The notes below the pieces were generated by a model. That model was not told where the DNA came from. It ran no database searches and saw only the letters and a list, made by a program, of their open reading frames with translations. Source: Trichinella spiralis (Eukaryota). Taken from it: DNA of 64,000 nt. The stretch covers positions 11,210,161 to 11,274,160 of the forward strand of contig NW_003526941.1 in the NCBI RefSeq assembly GCF_000181795.1, in the 5' to 3' direction. Positions 47,679-60,800 of this stretch are shown piece by piece. The position numbers were made by a program, and so were the translations under genes. Within the stretch, counting starts at the first letter, position 1; every line of letters starts with the position of its first letter.

Positions 47679-48198
47679 TCAGAAACAATTCCTTTCTTCG
47701 TCGTGCCAGTAGGCTTCCAAATTCATAGTACCGATGTCGAAAATTAACGGTTCTGCTTTGTTCGAATCGGTCACATAGCGCTTCGGGACTTCGAACTTCC
47801 ATCTCCTTTGACAAGGCTTACCGTCGTGGCAGTCGTGGTAAATTTTCACCACAGGATCAATGGTGCCCATTTCCCTGGTTTGACCATCGACCAAAAATTC
47901 CCCTTCGCTGTTTGTTTTCTTCTCGTCCAAAGTATCGTCGAAGCCAAAATCTAAGTAAAACAACAATATTTTTTATTACTTTGTTTTTTTCGAAAAAATA
48001 ATTATCATAAATATGGATTGGTTTTAGGAGCGTTTTTTTACCAATATCGACCAGTTTGACTCGAACATTCGGCGCCGGCGTGGGACCGCACATCAGTCGA
48101 CCTTTGACACGGACTCGTTGCATTTTGCCCCAAAAGCTTTGCGAAAGATCGGCATATATGAAGAACAGACTGAACAACAGCAGCAGAGATATTTTCAT
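47679..48198 (-). CDS. Transthyretin-like (TTR-52/DUF290 family) secreted protein, copy B
   Basis: Exons 48198-48042 and 47950-47679. Signal peptide, QRVRVKGRLMCG, IDPVVKIYHDCHDGKPCQRRWK and GTMNLEAYWHDEERNCF; the intron position matches copy A. Confidence 0.95.
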
Positions 48199-50458
48199 CT
48201 TGTTTGTTCACTTTTCTGCTTTGCGCACACGTACACAGCGCATCGACGCTCGCTCGCTTGCTTGCTGTTCTTTTTCTTACTGCTCAACTTCTTCTTCTTC
48301 TTCTTCTCCACCACCTAAACACTCACTACTCTCACTTTGTCATGTGATCATACGCTCATTTGTTGTCTATGCTAACTTTTCATCAGCCAATTCAATTCAA
48401 CAAATCAATCTCTGCTTTTCCAATGATACGCATATTATTTTTTCAAACAAATCGTGAAAAATTTGCAACTTTTGCTGCAGCGCGTCTCTCATTTTTACGA
48501 CGAAAAATTCCAACCATTTGAACAACGATTCTTATAAATATAATATTCAAGCTAGATGATTTTTCAAATTACAACTGTTCAAATAATCAATTTGAACTAT
48601 TTGTACTTGAACGAGAGAAAATTACAGTATGCTGACTCAATTCAACTCAACTCAATAATGGTCAGTTTGGTGAATTGAAATGGTATTTTGATTTATTTTA
48701 AAATATTCGAAAAAAAACCTGTGCGTTTTTGATGAATTTGAGTAAGTAATTTTTATCATTTCAAATTATGATCAATTGTTTATAGAATTGAAAATGAATA
48801 GAATTTTGCTGAGAGATGTTGCAAAATTTGACCGAATTGTTTTTAATTTTCAACAAACTTCAGCTTGAAAATCGTATATTCATATGCAGAATACTTTGAT
48901 TTGCTTTTTACATTAAGCAAAAAATAGCAGTTTTTTTTAAAATTTTACTTGATTTTCAAATGTGCACGCGACTTGTTTGAAAAGCCACATTTCGCAGTAC
49001 GAGCTTTTGTTGTGCTGTTGTTGTGTTTGTTGTGAAGTTTGTAAAATAATTTTTTCTTCATCTCAACGAATGCACAATTTGTACCATTTACTTTAACTTG
49101 AATTGTGCACGATACGATGCGATGCGATGCATGCAAAACTGAGAATTTCTGGAATTTTTAAATTTAAAATCAAATAGACAGAAGTTACAAAGTTTTACTG
49201 GTTGATTTTAATTTTTATATTTATTTCATGAATTTCGTTTTCCTTTAATTAAACTAAAACATTTATTCCGTTGAATTCAAGCTGTATCTATTTCTCTATG
49301 CTTGTAGGAAAGGGTTTTCTTTTTTTGTATTATTTTTTGTTTACTTAGTTAAAAATATATTTTCAGTTGTATTTTTCATATGGAGTGGGAAGAAGCGAAA
49401 TTTATTGAATTTGTCAATATCTCTATGAGATTGTATGTTAAATCGTACATTTCATCTTCAGATATTTATTTTAACAGTTGAACGGCGACGCGTATTTGCA
49501 ATCTTTTACAAAAATGAAATTTCGTTTTCTTTTTCATTTTCTTTCTTTTCAAACGCATCATTTTATAAATATTTACATTGTGCTAGTGTTTGTCGAACAA
49601 TTTGAATTATTATTATTATTATTCAATTGAACGCTTAAAATTTTTATTCCAACATGTTGTCTAGGCGCACGTTTGTGAGCGACAGTTCTTTTGTAATACT
49701 GTTCTATTTGCATAAAGTTTGATGCATTTGATATGCAAATGCAGTGGAAAAAAGTTTACTTTTTTAAATAGTTTGATTTAATTTTTTTTCGTCATCAAAT
49801 GGATTTAAAAGTATCATTCTCGCGTATATTTTATTGTGTTTATATATGCAAATTTGTGCCAACATCAATTCAGTTTTGACGTTGTGCTTATTGTTTGCCA
49901 ATTTTCATACATCGAAAATTACCATATAGTACGATTGAAGAAGTAGTTGAATTGTCGTCTGCCATTTTAATCAACTTTCTTTGGAGTTGGCGTGACGCAC
50001 GCGTATTACAGGCGTTCGGCGGTATATATATATATTTTGCCGCCAACTCACTTAACGTATATGATATGATAGGATATTGTTGTTCAGATTTGAATGCGGT
50101 CTTGTCTGGTCGATCCGTTTAAATATTTGCACATGCTTTACATTCGACGCTCATGTCAGCGCGTTCAGCAGATTTGGGTTTTCAGCTTAACGTTCACTGA
50201 ACATGCACTTTGCTCAATTTAATCGTCGTCCTCGTTTTTTTTGTTCTTGCTTCACTGTTGCTTGCTTGTTTTGGATTTTTCTTTATTTACTATTTGTTTG
50301 TTTTTTATAGTGCAACATTTCTGACCATGATCACCAAGAAGTTCAACTGCTGCTATTGCTGTTGTTGTTGTTGTTGTTGATTTATCTGCTTGTGTAAAAA
50401 AAGCATGATCCATTTTGCATTTGTCAGATAATTCCAATCTGTTGACAATTAATTCAAC

Positions 50459-53400
50459 ATGGAAGGCTTGTTACCCTACTTTATTTACAGTATCTTGTCA
50501 TTGGCTTGCATTGCATCTGTAATTACTTTTCTGATTCAGAGGATTTATTCGAAAAAAAAGTGAGCTTTATATTATTTTATTTTGAAATGTTCAAAATGAA
50601 ATATTTGCTTTTTCCAGAGATGAAGATTATCTGTTCGGCAGCCATAGTATGGCCAAGCAGTCGATAAAGCATGGCCGTTTAACTTCGGTGAAAATCCCAT
50701 CTATGCAAATTCATGTTGCTCCTCCAATTTCCCTAAATGAAGCGTCTCGTCGTGATTCCAGTGATATCGGCGAACAAACCCAAGGCCGGTAAGCATTTTA
50801 CATTTAAAAATTTTCCCTTCAATTTCAATCTATGACAAGTGGAAAGAAATTTAATTTTTTTATTTTTTAAATGTTAAATTCGATTTTCTTATCTTCTATT
50901 TATTCTTCGATTTCTTTCTTTTGTTCTTCCATTTGCTGATCCATCTGGATCCAGCTTTGCACAACAACTGTAGCTTTGAATCTTTGCATAGAATTTTCAC
51001 AATGCCTATTGTCTTGCGTTGTTTTATTTTCCATCCATCTACTTTTGTAAGGTCAAGTTTATTTTCACTAATAATACAGACCACCAATATATATTAGGAT
51101 GATATATCTATATACATTAGGATGGGTAGATATTCTTCTTTTCTTCTGGTAAACAAACAAGCAAAATTTGGAACAACTTTCAACATTTTGTAATTATTGT
51201 ACGTTTTCTGATTGTAACAATCATAACAATTTTTCATAATGATGCTTGTCAGTCTGTTTACGTTGCAACAGCATTTTTGCTCGATTATTTTCAAAAATAA
51301 TACGAATTTTGTTTACTGTAAGTGTACTGGTTGAATTGCTTGCTTTAAGCTTCGGGATGAGTTTGCACATTTGTTGTTACTGTACAAATGATAGCTGTTG
51401 TTTGATGAAATATTACAATAATTTACTATCAAATTCGTTTTGAAAAGAACTTTGTATTTAAAAAAACTAACTTTTCTAAATAGAAACTGTTAGTTTATAT
51501 CTTTATTTGTTTTTGGTATATTTACATTTATATTCTTCAATTTCATCCTTTTTTTATTGTCCATCACACGGCATGTTGAATTTCTCTGCACGTATGAAAA
51601 ATTGAAAGTGACACAATAGCTGATGATCAAGTCAAGCTATGTGTAGTAAATTATATGAGTGGAAAACAATTTTGTTTTTACAACTAATTGTGATTCGATG
51701 CATTGTTTTGATTGAAGTCGAATTATATTTTATAACACATATTTATATTAAATTAGACATCAGTAGTGATTTTATTTTCTGCGTAGGTTTGGCCGTTCTA
51801 CGTTTAAACATTCTAAATATTATTATGACGATGATTATCATCAGTCATTTCATTTCTTCGCAATATCGTATTCGGCAAATTATGTAAACATTGCGAAATC
51901 TGTTTGTCTGTTTATCTAATAATTCCACACGCCGGAATTTCAACACGTAAACAGAAACATCTCGTTTGAATTAAGCCGACATGGAACGAATTTCTCTTCG
52001 TAGCTTTCTCTTCTTGTTGATTGATTTGAAAAAGCTTGACAAAATTTACATAATTTTTTTATTTTGTTCTACATTGCGTTTGATTACATTGATTTTTCCG
52101 TTGGAAATGGAACTGTTTGAATAGCTGGAAGCCTAACTGGGTAGCAGCGGCGGCAGGGGGGGGGTTGATGATTTTTGTAAATTTCATTAAAACTTGACCA
52201 GCGATTGTGATCGCTTCAATGCTAAGAAGTTGTTGTTTTCGTCGTTTTCTGAAATGCAGAGTAGGGCAGCTTTCAGTTTTCTAGTCGGATGCACAAAAAT
52301 AGTTTGACTGATTAAACTTTGGGCAGTTTTCTTCAACTGGTTGAAAATTGTTCAAATGGATTATTTTTATTATCAAACAGGGCTAGCCAGCGGGTTAATC
52401 AGTCATTTAGTCAATCAATTTAATTCGTTAGTTCAGTCTGAAACGTCGTGGATATTGATTGCTTTGCATAAATACATTTACGTAGATTGTTTGTTGGTGT
52501 CGTTATTAATTCGAAAAAAATTCTTATCATGGAAGCAACGTTTCAAATTGCACCCAATTATTACCACCTACCGATACGAAGATCATCAATGCTTGATTCG
52601 ACTTCTTCTTCTGATGGTAACCTTGTTGTTGTTGTTGATTACAACAACAATGAAGAACAATCTCGGAATCAAATATACCACTACTCGAATGTCAGTGCTG
52701 ATCGCATGCTTATGCAAAAGTAACAGTTCGCATGTTTTGTCTCTGTTACACTTAGATCAGTCATTGTAAACTGTTGTTCAGCACACATCCCCTTGTTGTT
52801 CTTGTTGTTGTTGTTGTAGTTTTTGCCTTGGATTCAGTGATGATATTTGCTTTGTCAACACGTCCTATTTATGTAAATGTTAAATATCCCAAGTCCAAAT
52901 AGATCTTAATTGTTTGGTCGAGGTGTATTTTTTATTTTCTCTTCTTTCTTCCTTCTTTAGCAATTAATAATTAAAACCAGTTGGACGCAGAATTAATAAT
53001 TCTATTTAAATTATGAATTTTGATTTTTTTTCACACTTCCCCATTTACTGCACTGTATTGAGTTGCAAACGATCATTATTTGTTCGCCATTGCTTGCTTG
53101 CATTACAAGAAATGATAAAAGCCATTTGCTAATAATATCAATTTTATCAACAGTCTAATTTATTTCAGTTGTTGTTTAGAGGTTTATTGGCTTCAACGTC
53201 TACATCTTCAGAAGATGATACTACTCAGAATACAAAATGGCGCGTTTGGTTTCAAATACACTACAAAGATATGGATGGCTGTTTGGAAGTGGCCATTTTT
53301 CGCGTTAAAGCAGTGAATGGTTATAGCTGATGAAATTATACGTGTGCATTGTGTTGCGTATATTTGCATGTTTCAGGACAACCCGAATCCATGCCATCAA

Positions 53401-54650
53401 AATTATCTGAAAATTTTTTCTTTGTCGTTTGTGTTTTGCCAGAAGAATCGACCAAAGTTCAGACTCGAACGTGCTCTGTTCATGAGTCTGCTGCATTCCA
53501 CGATACAGTATACTTGAAAGTATGTTTCTCATAAATAAGTTATTAAATTATTAAATCACACAGACATGATTGATGAATTAATATTTTTATTTATTTATTT
53601 GTTAAACAAAGTTCATTTTTAATTAATGAGCTCAATTTGACAGCTTTGCTTGAACTTGGACTGTGTCTGTCCTTCAGGGTAATTGATTGGTTTGCTTTGA
53701 TGAATGATAATTTCTTCTCTGCTGTTATCTCTTATAATTTGTGCTATTTATTTATATAAATAGAAAGCAGCGTTCTAATTTTCCAAATTATTCCACTAAA
53801 TTATTGATAAAATTCAACTGCCAATGAAAAGTAAAGTAAATGATGCTTTGAAAAAATTTTTGATTTATATAATTTTGTGTTTGCTCTGATTGATAGATAA
53901 GTAAAAATGATTTTTACGATCGAGCAATACGCATATCCATGTACAAAGTGAATGATGTGAAACAGAGAATGTGTTGCGGGCACACGATGGTCAAGCTTGG
54001 TCTTCTTGACTTTGACCGTTGTGAAACTTACTATTTTTGCAACGAACTGGATTCACTTTCCAAAGTGGTAAAAGGCAGCATAGATTTGATTATCACATTT
54101 TCCCATATGTTTGTTCGAACAAATTACACGGATATTTTGCAGATGACCAAATGTCGAGGAGAAATGCACCTCTCGCTTGGATATGATCACAAAAAGGAAC
54201 GTCTTGCTGCCCAAGTATTCGCAGCTAGAAGTCTGCCAGAAACGTCAGGCAAGTTTTCCAATACCGTTCAATGTGTGTATCCCTGAAAGCTTGTTCGATA
54301 TATTTATCATTTCTAATGGATGAATAATTTTAGCAGAGCAAAAGTTTTACATGAAGACAATTGTGACCGTGGGTCGACGACGGGTCAAAGTGGACTGCGG
54401 TGAATTGTGCAACTCGCTGTCGGGTATATTCAAATGCAGCTACTCTTTTCACATTCCGCCAAGATGGTTGCAATCGTGCAGCATACAGTTTTTGATCTGC
54501 GAAGTGCGCAACGGATCCGAGAGACGTTGGGGCCATGTTGTTGTCGGCTCTTGCCGTTATGCGCATGGCACAGGTCTGGAACACTGGAACGAGATGACCA
54601 ATCAGCAGCCGAAAATTATTGAAATGTGGCATGTAATTAGACACGGCTGA
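50459..54650 (+). CDS. Synaptotagmin-like tandem-C2 protein, closest in motif to synaptotagmin-15
   Basis: Exons 50459-50559 (N-terminal TM, MEGLLPYFIYSILSLACIASVITFLIQRIYSKK), 50618-50788, optional 52486-52719, 53180-53319, 53377-53519, 53897-54067, 54143-54248 and 54334/54337-54650. C2A: VWFQIHY....CLEVAI, VCVLPEE..KVQT, RAIRISMY. C2B: GEMHLSLGY....ERL...V..ARSL and GHVVVG..RYAHGTGLEHWNEM......IEMWH. Confidence 0.8.
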
Positions 54651-56158
54651 ATGAAAATAGAGAACGCTACTTGCTGCTCAACAAATTTGAAGAAAAAAAA
54701 GCAATACCCACATTCATCTCCATCAGTAAATAAATATATGGCAATTTCCAAAATCGAACTTGTTGAAGTGGAAAATATGTATTTATTAAATATGAAGTTT
54801 TTCATCTGTGCAATCTATTTCATTTTACTATGGCTACTGGTAAGATGGTGAAAAGATAACGGGATTTGTCGTCTTCATTTTTCAATACGAACATGCTATT
54901 GGTATGGTCATTTGCATTAGGCTTTTCCAAGTTGAAATTTCTGTTCACACCTTCCAAGCAATCATTTTTAAGGTTTTGTTTAAATTTCATTTCATTCATT
55001 GCACTATAATACTTGGTGATTATTCATTTATTTTTTCTATGCAATTATCAAATAATAAATAAATGTATGTATATTAAATTAGTGATTCATATTTAAAACA
55101 AGAGGGTGATTGAATGATTCACAATTCTGTATGTTTAGAAGAAAATATTTAAAAAAATTTATGTACATCTATCTATAAGAAGCAAAGAAATTGAAACTAA
55201 GTTGAAATTCACTTAATATTAAACGCTTTAATTGTCAAAGTATTTTTAAAAAATTTTCATTGATTATTACGTCAACATCAGTTTCAGTTCGACGCTGCCT
55301 GTGAATGGAGGAAGCAATGCGTAAAAAATATTCAAATAGGTATTTGAAGTATACTGTAAAAATAAAATCATGAAACTACAGTTCACAATGAAAAATACCG
55401 TAAAATACAGTAATCAATTGCCAAATCACCGATAAGATGGTTACAGAGTAACAGACCAATCAGAGGAAAGCAAACGTTGTATCGATGGTTAATATTTTCA
55501 TTTGAGAGATTTTCCATTAATGGTTGCGGTGCGGCAAGTGAAAGAAACTGCATAAAGGTAGAAATTTACATTAAAACATATTTTCCTGTTGTATTTAAAG
55601 TATGAAAGCATGTGTATTCAAGTATTTGAGTATTTTTTTCATTTTAATACGCATAAAAATTGATAAACTTTCAAGGCAGATTTTCCAATTATGTATAATA
55701 GTTCAACGATGAACTGTGTCAAGAAATTTATGATTTAATTTGTTATTTCGTACAGTTGTGTAGATTAAATTCGTCGAATGAGTTCAGTTTTCCAATTTGC
55801 ATTTGGGTATGGCGTTCGATTTCATTTCGAACAGTACAAGTCGAATGAATATCTATCTCTAAGCGATTAGTGATTTCTATTATTCAAATCAGAAAAATAT
55901 TGTTTTACCTATAATTTATTATGTTATTTAACTTTATCATCACGTAGTATAATTATTCAATTTTGCATCATGGGAGGCATTAGGTAAATTTCATTTTTTG
56001 TCTGGTTAATTTTGTTTGTCAGCTCACACAGTTTAGTGTGCTTATGTATAATTTTGTGAAATCTTTTTGCAATGAGTTTTATTTATGTAGGCATTTTGAT
56101 TTCAACCTCAATTCAACTGCGTGCGTGTTTGACTAGTCATGTTTTTGTTATGCGTTTT

Positions 56159-56168
56159 NNNNNNNNNN
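56159..56168. other. Assembly gap (10 N)
   Basis: Run of N bases; distances across it are unreliable. Confidence 0.99.
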
Positions 56169-57398
56169 TGGAATTGTTAAAATGGAATTATAAAGTACAA
56201 TGCAGTGGGTAGTACATTGCGCAATTAATTATACAATTGTTCAATTAAGCTGATCTACCAATTTTTGAAATCGATATATAAAGTGAAAGATCTCGATGAC
56301 TGTTGATATGAAAATTGAATATGTTGATATGCACTCCACTGACATCATCTGATGGAAGTTTAACTTAATTAAAAAATAATTAAACTAAATTAGCGTACAA
56401 AATTTACATTCAGTATCGAAAATTTTTCATAATTATTGTTACTTTTCTTGCTCATTACTCATAATGTTAGTGGAAACCCATCAATACAATCTTATGTCAT
56501 TATTTGAAAAACAATTCATTTTGATTATCAAATGTTGATTTGTTAATGCTTAGAACAGAACGTCAGTTGTATTATAAAAGTAAAATTCACAACTAGTCAT
56601 TCGCCATGAACAGTTTACTCATGCATCTTAGTTTAAAATGAAATTGACTTTTTGTTCAGCGTAAACATTTCAAACTTACTGTATTCAGTCATCTTCAAAC
56701 ATTTTCAAACTTCAATCAAAATAATTTATTTTCTTCTCCACACGTTTATAATTAATATAAGTTTGAAATATCAAATTTCAGCAGAAATAATTTGATTAAA
56801 AAAATCTTCTCAAACATTTGAAAACGAAAATTTTGCACACACCGCATTTCACTTTACTTGCATGGTTTCCTTATGCAACAGTGCCATTGAAAGATTACTA
56901 CTCTACTGCTATGATTTGATTTGATTGATGAAGATTTAAAGAGTATTGATTTCTAACTTGACCAATCAAATTTCTGATCGTTTCAACCAATCAAAGTAAT
57001 TCTCACTAGAGCAGTAGGGTTGATGCAATTATCATACATACTTTACTTTTTTCATCACAATTAAAAGCAAACTTACTTTTCATATTTCATGAATATATAT
57101 CTGGTATTCAGTTTTGTCTTGTGACGTTCACGTTTCATTCAATATTTAAATTTACCGAAAATAAAAGCAAATTTATTAACAACAGTTCCAACCAGTTTTT
57201 TTCAAAATTTCTGCTGAAATTAACCAAATCAAAAATTACATGATTTTTTCTTTTGCTACAAATAAATAAAACGTAATAGTATGAGATTTCAAACAAAGCA
57301 AACTTTGAAATCGATTGAAAGCACTGACAAATAGATGCGCATTATGAATTTCATGGAAATTTAATAATTTTCAAAAATATGCATAACATTTCAATATG

Positions 57399-57656
57399 CT
57401 AAGCGTTCAAATCTTTACTTCGAATCATATCTGCCTGCAGAGATATGAAATCAGACGGCCTCAAGACAACGCTAGAAAAATGTGAAATAACATTACCACC
57501 GAATTCATTGACCAATATGTAGAATTCTCTTGGGTGTATAGCTGCCAAACGACCGGTCGCTTCCACATTGCTGTACAAATGAAATTTTACATAATTGTCA
57601 TCCAAGCATTGCAAAGCTCGCAGAAACAATTCTCGCAAATCGGCAATATTCGACAT
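57399..57656 (-). CDS. GEMIN7: Gemin7-like Sm-fold protein (SMN complex component)
   Basis: 85-aa single-exon ORF MSNIADLRELFLRALQCLDDNYVKFHLYSNVEATGRLAA...SSVVLRPSDFISLQ. It aligns by eye with Gemin7 as I recall it (LRERYLRSL..VSFTLHEGVRVAAHFGA...ALLRCSDIIS). A splice acceptor TTGTTTAG ends at 57679, 22 nt upstream of the ATG. Confidence 0.75.
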   Translation of the reverse strand: MSNIADLRELFLRALQCLDDNYVKFHLYSNVEATGRLAAIHPREFYILVNEFGGNVISHFSSVVLRPSDFISLQADMIRSKDLNA

Positions 57657-57886
57657 TACAATTACTGTTTTATTAATTCTAAACAATAAATATTTATATA
57701 TTATATTAAATTAAATTATGAAAAAATACAAATAAGCAAAGCAACAAAATAAAATATATATATACATCTATGGCAAGAATTGATGCCGAATGAACAAAAG
57801 AAAATAAAGACAATACAGAAAATCATTTTTTAATATTAACAATAACAACAATAAAAATAATATAAAATACGCTGAATAGGATCAAA

Positions 57887-60800
57887 TTAAGTGGAATCAA
57901 AGGAATGTTGTGGATCTTTTTGTAAAACGTAATGCACAGAAACTGGACGATTTCGCTTGTAAATTGCATGCAAATAAAGCAATGTTCCGGCGCAGGTCAG
58001 TGTTGCAGCACAGAGGATAATAAAAATGCCGGTTGTCGCTTTGAAGCCAACCAACTCTTTACGCAAAGAAGCTTCTGTTGGAGAGAATGTGGTTGTGTAC
58101 AGATCGTAAAGCTGAAATAGAATCAAACATTTTTTCAAACCAAAATCCATCAAAAACCCTGTCAAACAACAAAATTGCTAGTAAAATTTTCAAATTATTC
58201 CTCCAAACTGATGTACACTACTTTCAAACATTCTTCAATTTATAACATGAAATTCCATTTTCATCTTGAAATTCCTCTGTTAATTGCACGACAAACACAA
58301 CACTGCTATACATTAGTAAAAGTATTGGAATATTTATAATTTTAGAAAATGAGACAATTTTTAAATTATTCAAAAATTTCAATTAATATTACTTCCATGA
58401 CGACCATTTAAAGTACCCAAAAATTACATTAACCTGATTTTCAAATTTTGTTTATCGTATAACGTAAGTCACTCAAAGGAGAAAATGAGTATGCAAATCA
58501 AATTTACAAAGTGATACTTTAGAAAGTTATATTTCAATACTAATTTCAATGAGACGTATTCTTGACAAATTACTCAATTAATTAGCAAAAACAAAATTTT
58601 AATATCATGCATGCACCTGCATGAATTATTTTTCAGCACCTGTACGAACAATATTTTACTTCTGATTTTGATTACTAAAAACACACAAATCGTCGGGCAT
58701 ATCAAAGAACATAAATGAATAGCAATAAATAATATATACCTTAATGTGAGATATAATTATTTATGTGAAATTTGTTCACCACATATAATTTTACAGAAAA
58801 CATAAACCATAAAAGTAAAACTTTGAAAAAAAAATAATCAATCAAAATCACTTAAAAATTCAATTAATCAAAAATCTTAAAAAACAAAAAATTGAAAAGA
58901 AAATTTAAAAAATTGTTATAAATTCTTAAAATACAATATGATTAAAAGATAATCGTTTATGTGAAATATAACATTCTGTGACGTGCAGTTTTTGCTGCAA
59001 ATTACAAATGAAACGCTTAAAACAAAGAATAAAAATTCTATAAAAGTCATTATTTTCAACAAATGTTTAATCAATGTTGTTCAGAAACTTCTTCAAACAA
59101 TAAGAGAATAATAAAATATCAGTACAAAAGAAAATTGCCTCGCTCGTAATTCCGATGTCATAGATAGATGAATAGTTGCAGTCATAAACAAATCATGGCT
59201 GTACAAATTTCACTGCAACGAAATAACTGAAATAATAAAATTATCATTTTAAAAAAATAATTAAAAATGAGAAAAGAATACATTCTGCAATACTCATTTC
59301 ATCCCGCAAATGTATATAATTATATGTAATCATTTCATTCTCAATCATTTACTGACAAATAGAAGAAAGAAATGATGAATAAAATACATAACATACAATA
59401 ATACAAACTACTGTTTAAAATTGGAATAAACATGCATCGATAAAATTCTAAATTAATAATTTCAACTTTAAATAATGACTATATTAAATGAAGGTAATAT
59501 GGAGTACTAAACATGGGGTTTAATTTGAAATGAAACTATGAATTGAAATAGCAACTCAATAATTGAATCACGTCAAAGCACCACGAAAAATTTGCAGCAA
59601 ATAAAAAGCAAACGAAGCGTAAGTATTTACAAATTTCAGTACAAATTTATTTTTCTTTATTTAAATTATAACCTTATAAATAATACATTTCTCGTTTATG
59701 TTTAAACCAATTATTTGTTACATTAACATTTTATGTATTTAAGTGGCAAAAAATCATACAATTGCAGCAATTGCTTGAAGTTAGTTTTTGCATAATGAAA
59801 CATTGTGCTATTAGTTTCCTGGTGTGCGCTAGTATCCTAATTTCTTATTGTTTTCATCATTCAACTGCTGACAGTGATGAAGACGAACTAATCGAATACA
59901 TCAATATTGCAATACAACAAGAAATTAACGCCATTTTGAATGATAGATATCTATGGTTACTGGGCAACTTCACAACAGCTTTTAGGAAAGGAACCGCGTA
60001 TTACCTCAGTTTTGATATGATCAAGTCAACATGTGTAATCTTTAAAAATGCAGTAAGTTATTCTACATCCGATATCGATGCATCGTTAACACAAACTAAC
60101 TTAATTCCATTTCACATATAAATAAAACTCACAAAAACTTTAACCTAATCTGTACTGATATATATATAATTCTACATAATAGTTTCATTGTTTTAAAATT
60201 TTAATCCTAAAAAATTTCACAGTTTTCTACAATAATCTATTAAAATTCACATCATTCTTCTAATATAATTGAATTATTTACTGAAATAAAACAACCCTAT
60301 TACAGGATCATATGTTAGATGGCAGTTATGGAATTATTCATTGCGATGAATTCAATCCAAGACAAAAAAAGCAATGCGTATATATTGTAGATATTGATGT
60401 TCAATCTGCAAAACCTATGGAACTTCACGGAGCATGTGAATAAACTAATCGATAGAGATCAATTAAATTAAACAGAAACTTCACCGATTCACTCATGGAA
60501 CTGTCGCAAACGTTTATCAAAATTATAATGCAGAATCTTTAATATTTTGTTCAAAATACCATGCGTAATGAATGATTAAAATTGTTTGTGCACCACAAAT
60601 TTGTTTAGTTGTAAATTAATCAAATTCAAAACAGCTTAAAATAAAAAATGTCAAAATATTTGCTTACTGTCCCGATGTAAATATTCCAAAAGCCAACGTG
60701 TTCCCATTCATAGTCTTGGTGCAATGTTCGGGTGACATTAATGCTCAAATAGTAGCGATCGCGTGGACCATAATTGATCCAAATATTTTCTCGCAACAAA

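Noticed and set aside
53644..53678. Possible micro-exon (LCLNLDCVCPSG) in the synaptotagmin-like gene
   Set aside because: Its 35-nt length would frameshift the gene; exons 53519 and 53897 join in frame without it.
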